Positions 38,891 to 51,494 of a DNA stretch of 64,000 bases are shown here, piece after piece. The position numbers and the translations under genes are program-made. Each line of letters opens with the position of its first letter. Within the stretch, counting starts at the first letter, position 1. Source of the stretch: Octopus sinensis (Eukaryota); the NCBI RefSeq assembly GCF_006345805.1, contig NC_043000.1:111414001-111478000 (forward strand), in the 5' to 3' direction. The notes below the pieces were generated by a model that saw only the letters and a list, made by a program, of their open reading frames with translations, made no database searches and had not been told where the DNA came from.

Positions 38891-39614
38891 TTAACATTCG
38901 TTTTCCATGCTGGCATGAGTTGGATGGTTTGGTAGGATACAGCAAGCTGCAGGACTATACTGGGCCCCGATATCAGCTTCAGCATGGCTTCTAAGACTGG
39001 ATGCCCATACCAAAGCAGCCACAGGAGCTCAGTATAGCTCTGCAGCTGACTTACAATAGGATAAGCCAAGGATATCACATAGATTAAACTGTAGGTCAAA
39101 CAAAGGTCAGAGCTTCTAGACAATCACTCAACCGGCAAGAAATAGTAGTCAAAATCTCTTGGAAATTACACTCCATCATCTTAAAAGATAAAAGAAACAA
39201 TAAAGAATATAGTTTATCTTTGAGATGGTCACAGCTGGATTATCTTTGATGACAGATCTCATCTAGCAGAGATAAAACAACAACAACAGCAACCAACAGA
39301 ATAGGTCAATTGTAATCTTGGTTAAATTAATAATAAAATCGAAATCTCTTGACCAAATCTCTTCAAATAAAATTACTTATTTTCTTTAATATTTAAATAT
39401 TTTGATTGTTTACTTGCATTGTTGAAGAACGCTGAGAATATTAAGGTAGTTTTCAGTTTCCGAATATATTTTTCTAACTTTGGCATTTAATCAATATTTG
39501 ATACTTTATGGCTAGAAAAGTACTGATACTTGTATTGATTAGTGGAAAACACTATTGGTTCTATCGATAAACCATTGAATAAATTGCCCAATTACTTTGT
39601 AATAATTCCATATA

Positions 39615-39900
<286 letters not shown>

Positions 39901-40469
39901 GTAGTTATCTCTCATTCTCTTTCTTCCTCTCTTACGATATATGTATACGTGTGTTTGTGTGTGTGTGTCTATTGTTAGCACCATCACTTCAATATTCTTC
40001 AGTTACTTCCTTGATTACGTGCCAAAATGAATGTTTTGTCTCTTGGAGATTTCATGGTTGTTGCTTAAGCTTAAATCTACAATTTTCATTTATTTCCATT
40101 TTGGCATGAAAAATTTCTCCAAGAACAATCTTCAAAAGAGGATGAAAGGATTGTGAACAAGAAAGAGATCAGAGATGTCGCTATTAACACTCGTATATAC
40201 ACTTTCATTTTAAAATTAGATGTTTTCCTTGTTGGTGTGATGTGAGAGATTCTGCGTACTGAGAGACGGCTGTAGACAAAGCCAAACTCAAATTCTATGG
40301 AGAATTTGGTGAGATTAACAACAGAATATCAGGTCAAATGTTTGTTTGAATCTACTAAAACGTTTGCATGGAATGGTCATGGTTATTGATGAAGGGGAAT
40401 ATGCAGTTACTGATTGAGGAAGGAATTACACAAAGTTGATCCAACAGAGGCAGTAGTTATTCAGTAGGG

Positions 40470-40797
40470 CAGTGCTTCTCAACCCTTTTCCCCCACTGGA
40501 TGCCTTTGATTCCTATTTCATTCTGATTTCTCCACCCCATAGCCATTTGATGCTTAAAAGCTCGTTTTATAGATACTTCTTTCAAAATTTCTATTTTGCT
40601 TTTCACACAGTAACTTATGGTAGGTTGAACTGTGTAAAATGTTAGAGAAAGAAATTTAGCTGTTTCTTGCAATACATACATTTAAAGCAAGACTTTTTTC
40701 ATTGACCCTTAAAATACTACTTATGAAATCCCCAATTTACTATTTTACCTTTGTGGATACCCCAAAATCTTAAATGGATCCTGATTGAGAACTATTA
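40470..40797. mobile_element. hAT-type MITE
   Basis: Decayed TIRs cagtgcttctcaa / ttgagaactatta; internal similarity to 48844-49056. Confidence 0.6.
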
Positions 40798-40805
40798 CTA
40801 TAGAG

Positions 40806-41395
40806 CAGTGGTTCCCAAACTTTTCTGGGCTGCTGCCCCCTTAACACCCAGGCTACATTCCTAGTGCTCCGACCCCGACTAACTATCACAAATATAGACC
40901 TGTTTCTGAAGCGAATTCAAAGCAACTGTATTTCACAAATAAAACTTGATCTAATAAACCCATTATTTTGTTGTTTTTACATGAATCACTACCTTATTAT
41001 AGCCCCACTTTTTACAAAAATTGCTACCCCATTATTGCCCCACTTTTTACATGAATTGCTATCCCATTATGGCCCCACTTTTTACATGAATCGCTACCCC
41101 ATTATGGCCCCACTTTTTACATGAATCGCTACCCCATTATGGCCCCACTTTTCACATGAATTGCTACCCCATTATGGCCCCACTTTTTACATGAATCGCT
41201 ACCCCATTATGGCCCCACTTTTTATATGAATTGCTACCCCATTATGGCCCCACTTTTTACATGAATCATTACCCCATTATTGCCCCACTTTTTACATGAA
41301 TTGCTACCCCATTATCACCCCTATTTTTCTTCAATGCCCCCTTGGAACTTTCCTCCACCCCCAGGGGGCAATATCACCCACTTTGGGAACCACTG
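40806..41395. mobile_element. hAT (Charlie-like) MITE containing a 35-bp minisatellite
   Basis: Perfect 14-bp TIRs cagtggttcccaaa / tttgggaaccactg; 8-bp flanks ctatagag / ctctggag. Confidence 0.85.
40970..41320. repeat. 35-bp minisatellite, about 10 copies
   Basis: ggccccactttttacatgaatcgctaccccattat at 41001, 41036, 41071, 41106, 41141, 41176, 41211, 41246, 41281. Confidence 0.95.
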
Positions 41396-41526
41396 CTCTG
41401 GAGGATAGCCAGCTATATAATCAAAGAGGCCAATAAAGGTTTGAAAGGAGGAAAAAGTAGCTTAAACAATTTAACTATAGTCACTGGTATCTGGTAAAGT
41501 ATCCAGATGTGTGCTAATCATACTTA

Positions 41527-41775
41527 TACATCATCATCATCATTTAGCGTCCACTTTCCATGCTAGCATGGGTTGGACGGTTCAACTGGGGTCTGTGAAG
41601 CCAGAAGGCTGCATCAGGCACAATCTGATCTGGCAGTGTTTCTACGGCTGGATGCCCTTCCTAACGCCAACCACTCCGTGAGTGTAGTGGGTGCTTTTTA
41701 CATGTCACCCGCACAGGTGCCAGACGGAGCTGGCAAACGGCCACGGACGGATGGTGCTTTTTACGTGCCACCGGT
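41527..41775 (-). mobile_element. RTE LINE 3'UTR copy
   Basis: (CAT)n tail then tttagcgtccactttccatgctagcatggg..gcccttcctaacgcc. Confidence 0.85.
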
Positions 41776-42478
41776 ACGTTTTTCGTGCCTGAGAAAAACA
41801 GATGTAAAATGAAAATGATGGTATTGGTGGTGGTGGTGATGATGATGATGATGAAGTTGACGATGGTCATGATGATGATGATGATGATGGAGGTGGTGCT
41901 GGTGTTGGTGGTGATTATCAAAAGTAATCCTTCTTCTTTACATATAATCCACACGTAAAAAGTTCAAACAAATTCTTTCATAATATTTTATCGCAAACCT
42001 GCTGGAAACGCCACTTCTATGAAATAAAATCTATTGTTTGAAAAGTGTTTATCTTTAAATTAAAACATTCTGCCGTAATTGTATGTGAGAATCTTTTAAG
42101 ACGTGTCACAAACAGCAGCTCGTTAATGAAAATGTTCGTTATTTTACCAAAATTGATTAAAATATATGGATTGTGCATTTCATAGAGAAATGTGGTAATG
42201 GCAATATTTAATTTACATAAAAAATACCTTAAAACAATAGGTTTTATATCAAAGAATCACCACCAGAATTGGTTTTAAGTTGGTTGGTATCAAAAAGCAG
42301 TTAAGAGGATCTTCTAAGAACGTCTTTATATGTAGCTTATATCAAAACAAGATGGATTGGTCTCAACATTCATTGCTACCACTACAATCATCACCAAGAC
42401 CACCACCACCACCATTGTCATCTTTGTCATCTTTATTTTCATCTGTTTTACTCTGCACATAGTGGTATGACTAGCATT

Positions 42479-42722
42479 CAGGCGGTGAGCTTGCAGAAAC
42501 ATTAGCATGCCGGGCGAAATGCTTAGCGGTATTTCGTCTGCGTTACGTTGTGAGTTCAAATTCCGCCGAGGTCGACTTTGCCTTTCATCCTTTCGGGGTC
42601 GATAAATTAAGTACCAGTTATGCACCGGGGTCGATGTAATCGACTTAATACCTATGTCTGTCCTTGTTTGTCCCCTCTGTGTTTAGCCCCTTGTGGGTAA
42701 TAAAGAAATAAGTATTTCGTCT
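42479..42722 (+). mobile_element. Same SINE family, full length
   Basis: aggcggtgagcttgcagaaacattagcatgccgggcgaaatgc..gagttcaaattccgccgagg..aaagaaata. Confidence 0.9.
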
Positions 42723-42999
42723 ACAGATCTTCTCCTTATTGATTCCATTTTTTTATTAGAAGCTGAATTTACAGTCGTTTTTGTTATTGTATGATTTTAC
42801 TCTTATACTTCTATTGGTGTTGATGTTGTTGTTATTACTGTTTTTCTGGCAGTTTTTTTTTTTGTGGTTATTGTTGTCCAGTCAGGCCCTTTAATAAAAA
42901 CGGAATTTCAGCCACAACTACACCATCTTTCACCAAACATACAAGGAATTCAGGAACTTGTTAAATAATCCTTTCTACTAAAAGAACAAGGCCTTTTTT

Positions 43000-43043
43000 C
43001 TCTCTTTCTCACTCTCTCTCTTTTTCTTTCTTTCTCACTTTTT

Positions 43044-43081
<38 letters not shown>

Positions 43082-43098
43082 ATCTATCTATCTATCTA

Positions 43099-43147
<49 letters not shown>

Positions 43148-43215
43148 TACCTATCTGTCTGTCTGTCTGTCCATCTATTATTCTATCTATATCTATCTAT
43201 ATCTATCTATCTATC

Positions 43216-43249
<34 letters not shown>

Positions 43250-43274
43250 ATCTATCTATCTATCTATCTATCTA

Positions 43275-43340
<66 letters not shown>

Positions 43341-43352
43341 CCTATCAATCTA
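43000..43352. repeat. Compound microsatellite (TC)n-(TA)n-(TCTA)n
   Basis: Direct reading. Confidence 0.98.
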
Positions 43353-44013
43353 TCTCTGCTCTGTCAAGCATCTCCCCCCACATTTCATAACTCAACAACC
43401 ACCACTTCCCAATTTTATTATACTACTTTCCTTTTCTATGGCTTTATATTTATTAAAAAATATCAAATTGCAAATTTAAAGCCATTTGAATTATGTTACA
43501 ACTTTTGGAGTTAAGAATAAAGTAAACTAAAAAAATCTGTTGGGTTCTTACCTCAAAAACAAACCATAAATTTCTACTTGGCTGCTGTCATCATCTGAGA
43601 ACAGAAATTGGCACAGATTACATTGCTTCCTTCCCGGAACCACTTCCATGTTTCATCCTCATCTCTGCCCACACTATCTCCCATCAATCATCTCTTTTCT
43701 CTGCCTTCAGCCATTGCTCTCCTCAGCTGGACTCCATTCTTAACATTTCACTTTCCTCTCACATGCTATCACTCTCAATGCCCTCCGCCTTCCTGCACCT
43801 GCCATCACATCCCACTTACCATAGCCACCCCACCCCCACCCCTGAGCCACTCATATCTCTCACCCTCACTCGTTACATTCACCTCAACCCACCCTTCATA
43901 ATCCTCTGTATCTTGGGATGCTTCACCATTCCACCACCACCACCATCACTTCTTGTCTTCTTTCTAGTTCCTCCCACTCACCCTTATATAAATGCAGGGT
44001 GACTTTGTACCTC

Positions 44014-44422
44014 TATTTCTTTATTGCCCACAGGGGGCTAAACATAGAGGGGACAAAAAAGGACAAAGGGGTTAAGTCGATTACATTGACCCTAATGCCA
44101 AACTGGTACTTATTTAATTGACCCCGAAAGGACGAAAGGCAAAGTCAACCTCTGCGGAATTTGCACTCAGATCATAAAGACGGACGAAATACCTATTTCT
44201 TTACTACCCACAAGGGGCTAAACACAGAGAGGACAAACAAGGACAGACAAATGGATTAAGTCGATTATATCGACCCCAGAGCGTAACTGGTACTTATTTA
44301 ATTGACCCCAAAAGGATGAAAGGCAAAGTTGACCTCGGCGGAATTTGAACTCAAAACGTAGTGGCAGACAAAATACTGCTAAGTATTTCGCCCGGCATGC
44401 TAATGATTCTGCCATCTCACCT
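44014..44422 (-). mobile_element. Same SINE family, partial dimer
   Basis: Two units joined at gacgaaatacctatttcttt. Confidence 0.9.
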
Positions 44423-44793
44423 TATCACAAGCTAAATACCTTGGTCATTAAACTATGCAGCTTCTATACACACACACACACAAATCTCGCTTTCTCAATA
44501 GTTAGTTAGACAGACAGTAAGATTGATAGATAGATAAGTAGATAGATGGACGAATGGACACACACATGCACACACACACATACACACATCTGCATGTGGA
44601 AAAAGAGAAAAAAGCTGAGAGAGAAAGAAACAGAAAGAAAAGGGAAATGAAGATAAATAGATGTGTGTATTTATGTGTGTGTGTGTGTGTTTACATGTGT
44701 GTATATCTATATATAAATATATATGTATATATGTGTGTGTGTATGTATTATATATATATAATGTATATATATGTATACACATACACACATATA

Positions 44794-44851
<58 letters not shown>

Positions 44852-44898
44852 AATATATATATGTAAATATACATATGTAAATATATATATGTATATAT

Positions 44899-44956
<58 letters not shown>

Positions 44957-44976
44957 TGTGTGTGTGTGTGTGGATA

Positions 44977-45041
<65 letters not shown>

Positions 45042-45569
45042 TATATATACATATCTCCATATGTATATTAGCATAAACATACACATTTATTCCCTTACAT
45101 AGAAATAAATGTGTCTTTTGTTGTGTAGATGCGTAATATCCGCTAGAATTATGTAATAAAGATTGTTTGTAAAAAAAGACAACCAGAAATAAAATATATA
45201 TACATATATGTATACATATATAAAAAACAAAAAACTAAAACTACAAAACAAAATAAAAAAGAAAGAAAAAGGACAAAATCCCCACCACTACTACCACTGG
45301 TCAACCTGATTCTCCATTGAAATATTAATGAGGCTATTTTTGGTAACTTATTTTCTGACCTTTCAGACTCACAGTTCAGTGGTTTCTGAAAGAGTATCAA
45401 GAAACTGTCAGTGATTGGAGGGAAACATTATGTGGTGATGGTCACATATTTAGAGCTTCCTTTGCTGACATGTAGTGACCAATGAGGCAGCTGTGTTACA
45501 ATGGTCAAAACATGATTTGGTCATTAGCATTAACTAATGGAATCATTTTTTTGTTTTGTTTTATCTTTT

Positions 45570-45962
45570 ATATTTTACTTGTCTCAGTTACTAGACTGTG
45601 GCCATGCTGGGGCACCACCTTGAAAAACTCTACTCAAACGAGTTGCCCCCTGGACTTATTGTTATTATTTCTTTTTAAAAAGCCTGGTACAAATTCTATC
45701 AATCTCTTTTGCTAAATCGCTATTACACCAACACCATTTGTCAAGCAATGGGAGGAGACAAATACAGACTCAAACACACACACACACACACACATATACA
45801 TGATGGGCTTCTTTCAGTTTCCCTCTACTAAAGCCACTCACAAGCCTTTAATCAATCTAAAGCTATAGTAGAAGACACTTGCCCAAAAGTGCTGTGCACT
45901 GGAGTTGAACCCAGGCCTACAGGGTTGGGAAGCAAACTTCTTACCACACAGCCACACCTGGA
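45570..45962 (-). mobile_element. CORE-like SINE with 3' extension
   Basis: Reverse complement of 11230-11600; further copies at about 3640-3720, 5370-5520, 19680-19770, 24285-24432, 26400-26560, 55495-55630, 60690-60760. Confidence 0.8.
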
Positions 45963-46391
45963 CCTATTTATTTATTTCTTTTTAGGCTTATATTGGAATT
46001 GGTGAATGACAAGGTTGCTTGTTACAGGTCAGTTGCCAAAAGGGGTGGGTAGGTGGGAGAGAGGGTGTGATCACTAATTTGTGGTGGTTTTATGACTGTA
46101 CTTATGAGAGCAACGGTTGTGAGAAAGTGTGTTTGTAACTAGGTGCAATTACATTGGTCTCAGAGCATTTGGCTTCCTTGCCAAGGAATACATCCTTTAC
46201 CTGTACGTGCAGCAGCAAAAGATACACACACACACACGCACATACACATACACATTCATACATACATACATATATTTGTACATACATATATATATATACA
46301 CACACACATACACACACACACACAGACACACACACATATATATATATGTGTGTGTGTATATATATATATATATAGATATATATCAGCAGCA

Positions 46392-47243
46392 GCAGCAGCA
46401 TTTAATGTCCGCTTTCCATGCTAGCATGGGTTGGACGAACCAGGCTCTAATCTGATCTGGCAGAGTTTCTACAGCTGGATGCCCTTCCTAACGCCAACCA
46501 CTCCGTGAGTGTAGTGAGTGCTTTTACATGCCACCAGCACGAGGGCCAGTCAGGCGATATTGGCAATGACATGCTCAAATGGTATTTTTCATGTGCCACC
46601 TGCACAGGACCCGGTCTAGTGGTACTGGCAATGACCTCGCTCAAATGTTTTTCACGTGCCTCCAGCACAAGTGCCAGTAAGGTGACGCAGGTAACAATAA
46701 TGCTCGAATTGTGCTTTTTACATGCCACCGGCATGGAAGCCAGTTTGTTGCTCTAACGATGATCACACTCAGATGGTACTCTTAGTGCTACACTAGCACG
46801 GATGCCAGTCATCAAATTTGGTTTCGATTTCGATTTCACTTGCCTCAACAGGTCTTTGCAAGCAGAATTTAGTGTCCAATAAAGGAAAGGTACACATTAT
46901 ATAAGTGGGCTGGTTACACCCCTGGCATAGACCACAAGGTTATGATCTCACTTGAGCTTGCCGAGTCCTCTCAAGCACAGCACACCTCCAAAGGTCCTGG
47001 TTACTAGTCATTGTTTCGGTGAGGCCCTATGTTTGAAGGTCATGCTTCACCACCTCATCCCAGGTTTTCCTGGGTCTACCTCTTCCACAGGTTCCCTCAA
47101 CCGCTAGTGTGTGGCACTTTTTCACACAGCTATCCACATCCATTCTCACCACATGGCCATACCAACGCAGTCGTCTCTCTTGCACACCTCATCTGATGCT
47201 TCTTAGGTCCAACTTTTCTCTCAAAGTACTTATACTCTGTCGA
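46392..47243 (-). mobile_element. RTE LINE 3' end (ORF C-terminus plus 3'UTR with repeated modules)
   Basis: STLREKLDLRSIR*GVQERRLRWYGHVVRM..GRGRPRKTWDEVVKHD; 3'UTR homologous to 35980-36453. Confidence 0.9.
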
Positions 47244-47283
<40 letters not shown>

Positions 47284-47489
47284 ACACACATACGTATATA
47301 TCTTTTATCTTTTACTTGTTTCAGTTATTATATATCTTTATTACGCACACCCACACAAATATATCTTAGATATTGATATGTCCATATGTGTGTGTGTGTT
47401 TATGTGTACTGGTGGACTTTAGTAACCTTTCATGATCTCCAGATAATCTTTCGATTTCAGAATGGCTATTTAAAACTGAAGTTTGCTGT

Positions 47490-48410
47490 GAGGCATCGTT
47501 ACCATCATCAACATAACAACCACCACACCACCACAACCACCAGCACCACTACCATCACCACCAGCATCACCACCATCACCATCAGCACCACCACCACTAC
47601 CACCACCACCAGCAGCACCACCATCACCACACCACCACCATCACCACCACCACCACCACCACCACCACCATCAGCACCACCATCAGCACCACCACCACCA
47701 CCACTACCACCAGCACCATCACCACCACCACCACTACCACTACCACCACCACCATCAGCACCACCACCACCAGCACCACCATCAGCGCCAGCACCACCAC
47801 GTTCACCACCACCACCACCATCACCACCACCACCACCACCACCACCATCACCACCACCACCACCATCACCACCACCACCACCACCACCATCACCACCACC
47901 ATCAGCACCACCACCACCACTACCACCAGCACCATCACCACCACCACAACCACCACTACCACCACCACCATCAGCACCACCACCACCAGCACCACCACCA
48001 GCGCCAGCACCACCACCATCACCACCACCATCACCACCACCACCATCACCATCATCACCACCACCACCACCACCACCACACCACCACCACCACCACCACT
48101 ACCACCATCACCACTAGCACCACCACCAGCACTACCACCACCATCACCACCATCACCAGCACAACCACCACCACCACCACCACCACCACCACCACCACCA
48201 CCACCACCATCCACATCACCACCACCACTACCACCAGCACCTCCACCATCACCATCATCACCACCAACCATCACCACTACCACCATCACCACCACCACTA
48301 GCACCAGCACCACCACCATCACCACCACCACCATCACCACCACCACCACCACCACCACCACTACTACCAGCACCATCACCACCACCACTACCATCATCAC
48401 CATCACCAGC
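47490..48410. repeat. About 900-bp imperfect (CCA)n trinucleotide array
   Basis: CCA/CAC triplets with cag, cat, cta variants; source of the poly-Pro/Thr/Val ORFs. Confidence 0.98.
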
Positions 48411-48610
48411 TCAAAACAATATCTGTGTGTCGCAAATTTCTGTGTATAGCAAACAATCTTTCCTACAAAATACTGTTGCTGTATATCTCTCGTTGTGAGA
48501 TTTAAAAACTAGTAATTTTCTAATTTATAAATCAGTGACTAGTTGTCATTTTGAAAACTACATATTTTGAATGGGGATTTGGCAGCACCACCTCTAGCCA
48601 AACAATTATT

Positions 48611-48654
48611 CTATGCTGATGAAGGGAAATAACCCGGAAATCGCAATACACAGA
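48611..48654 (+). ncRNA. Decayed minimal hammerhead ribozyme motif
   Basis: CTATG-CTGATGA-AGGG aaataa CCCG-GAAA-TCGCAA-TA-CACAG; core intact, single mismatches in stems I, II and III. Confidence 0.5.
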
Positions 48655-48659
48655 TATTA

Positions 48660-48812
48660 TTTAGAGCTGAGTGGGGGTGCTAGATTCCCTTGTTTGAAAA
48701 TATAAGGACATGGATCATGTTGTATAGCCAGCTGGAGACGATGTCTCCTGGAGCTAAATTACAGCAACATTCGTCCTAAGCCAGGACTGCCATGTTATGT
48801 TGGCAAACAATC
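48660..48812 (+). mobile_element. Interspersed repeat module lying directly 3' of a hammerhead motif
   Basis: Close match to 63830-63985 (minus strand); diverged copy at 49390-49510. Confidence 0.7.
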
Positions 48813-48843
48813 TTTATTGTATTCTGTATATTCCAGTGAATAC

Positions 48844-49056
48844 CAGTGGTTCTCGACCATTTTTTACCTAGGAACTCCTTTAATTCCTATTTTACCCAGG
48901 TGGAACCCCATAGCCATTCAATGTTTTAAAATAAGCATATTATATTTTTATAATTAAATATTATTTGGAATAACCAGTTTATTGCACATAAATTTTAGCA
49001 ACAAGACCGTCTGTGGGCCCCCCAATGATCATGTTGACCCCAGCTGAGAACCACTG
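48844..49056. mobile_element. hAT-type MITE
   Basis: TIRs cagtggttctc / gagaaccactg. Confidence 0.7.
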
Positions 49057-49201
49057 AGTTATACCATGTATGCTATAATATTTAGAACAGACCCATTTCC
49101 CTGTCCAATTCTCTGGTTCACTTCTCTTATATTCATATTCCTGTAACTTGGAGGTATACCCTTGATCCATCTTCACAACCTACTTCTCTCTTTTGCAAGA
49201 A

Positions 49202-49221
49202 AGGTCAAAGGTCAAAGGTCA
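49202..49221 (+). promoter_or_regulatory. Triple AGGTCA half-site array spaced by 1 nt (DR1-type nuclear receptor motif)
   Basis: AGGTCA a AGGTCA a AGGTCA; function not shown. Confidence 0.3.
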
Positions 49222-49341
49222 ATAATAAATTTCTGAGCAAGGTATAAACAGTAGCTGCACGACATTGTGAAGTATATTTACCACTTCACATTGGAACCAC
49301 TTCACATATGGAACCACTTCACATCGCCAACCGGTGGTTGT

Positions 49342-49386
49342 CACATGCTGACGATGGGTCAATATCCAGAAACCCAGGTCCGTGTG
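49342..49386 (+). ncRNA. Minimal type I hammerhead ribozyme motif
   Basis: CACATG-CTGACGA-TGGG tcaata TCCA-GAAA-C CCAG G-TC-CGTGTG: stem I 6 bp (one G.U), intact core, stem II 4 bp, GUC cleavage triplet. Confidence 0.75.
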
Positions 49387-50388
49387 TATCACGTCAGGCT
49401 GGAGATGGGAAGGATGACTTCCCTTTGAAAATACTGATAGGGCACAGATAGTGTATCAACAGCCAGCTGGAGGAGATGTCCTCCTGAGGCTACAAGCTAC
49501 AGTAGCATCAACCCTTAAGGGTTAGCCACATTTAAGTGGAAAATATACTTCACAAAGGTAACTGTGTTTTCCATAACTATAAGACATCTATTTTTTGTCC
49601 CTCTATCATGCTTTAACCTCTTAACACTTGGCATAAAGCCACCTCCCTCAATACTACTCACCCGACATCACTAGTGCAGGTGCCACCTAAAAGGCACCCA
49701 GTCCACACTCTATAAAGTGATTGGCATTAGGAAGGGCATCCAACTGTAGAAACCATGCCAAAACAGGGTGTTTGGACCCGTGTTCTGGCTCACCAGCTCT
49801 TGTTGGACCGTCCAACCCATGCCAGCATCAAAAAACGGACCTTAAACGATGATGATGATAATGATGATGATGATGATGTACAGCATATTCCTGCAGAGTG
49901 AAAGGTTGGCCTCAGAAAGTGCATCCATCTGTTAGACACTGCTTTGAAAAGTCGTGCCAGCAAGGAACAACAGATATAAAAGAACAGGAAGAGGGTGATG
50001 ATGATGATGATGATGACAGGATAAAGGAAGAGGGCAAATAAGATTGTTAAATAATTAATTCAGAGTCATCCTCTGCCTGAAAAAAACAATAGCCAAGTCT
50101 GTGTTAAATCAATTTACTACAACACAAAGCATTAACTAATCTAACATAACTAGAAATAACATGTGGTGATGGTAGTATTATTAAAAAACTGCTTTAGAAA
50201 ACCTGTATTTCATCAATGAAATCAGAAAATACTTGAGCAAGCTATTCATCTCTACTTGTTAGGGCTTTTATCTGTTTATCTTTTTAGAAAACACCCATCC
50301 TGGGGTCAATGTAATTGACTAGCCACTGCCCCCTAAAAATTGCTGACCTTGTGACAAAATCTAAAAGAATAATAATTATTATTATTAT

Positions 50389-50943
50389 TGAGTGAGAGAG
50401 CAGTGCATGCCATCAAAGTGACACTGGGGTAAAATATACGAAGCCCAATATACCCATCATGACTACCCGTCTGATAAGGGTACATAAGGCACATGCATCA
50501 CAACCATATGTGCGCGACATGGTGATCTCATATCAAGATAAATAGCACATGACCTTGCAGGTGGGGCCCAGTTAGAATTTTCTTCAGGTTGAGTAGCCCA
50601 TCCCGCTCAAAAGGTCCCTGAATAAGGGTTGTTTAAGGATGTTGAAAGAACCACCCATGTTTCCAGAGGTGAATCATTCAAACCCAAAAGAATCCCTTTC
50701 AACACATGGCTGTGATGCTCCCCCACTACTTCTGCTCGTGATCAGAGATGCACATATCGTCAGCCACTAAGGGACATGCTCAACTGGTTAAGGTCAAACA
50801 ACTGACAAGCAAATCTGTGGTATTGAGCAGAATATTTGCTGTAGCCCATCTTTTATACCAAGACAAAACAATGTACATGATAACACTTCCAATCAGTTAA
50901 GATCAGAAGCCATGAGAGCCACTGCCTGGTACTGCATCAGGGC

Positions 50944-50945
<2 letters not shown>
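50389..50945. mobile_element. About 560-bp non-coding element flanked on both sides by (ATT)n
   Basis: Complex sequence bracketed by attattattatt at 50375-50388 and 50946-51000. Confidence 0.5.
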
Positions 50946-50991
<46 letters not shown>

Positions 50992-51494
50992 CATTATTAT
51001 TATATAAACAACCCTAATCAGCTCCCCTCCCTGCCACACTATGTCGTGGTGAGACTACATAAAACTAGACTGATAAAGTGTCACTCTATCATACTCACCT
51101 TCATCCAGGTGTAAATTTATATGGATATTCAATTTTTTATCACATCTAATCATTTATAAGGGATATATTTTGAAACAGGGGGCTACTGAAACGATTGTAA
51201 CAAGTATAAAACTTGTGCTAGACAGGCTCTGCACCTTCTTCCTTGGCATATATGTTACTCTAAGAATAACTTATACATCTGTCAATGGAGTCTCAGTGCC
51301 AGTGGACTTGTTTAACTTGGAGTACCTGCCTTAAAGTGTAGACAACCAGAATTTTGTTTGAGTGCTGAATAAGGAATACACCAGCTTTTTACCCAATACA
51401 GACTTACAATATCTGTGTGTGAGTGTGTGCGCATAATTACGTTTTTTCTTTACAGCTGTTTCAGATAATCAATGAATTGTTAATACAGCATGGA

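Noticed and set aside
40970-41320. CRISPR-like regular repeats (also 1788-2525 and 38365-38525)
   Set aside because: Contiguous tandem units without unique spacers, no cas genes, eukaryotic context
47386-48406. 243-aa Pro-rich and 260-aa Val-rich ORFs
   Set aside because: Stop-free translations of the (CCA)n array in several frames; no splice or start context
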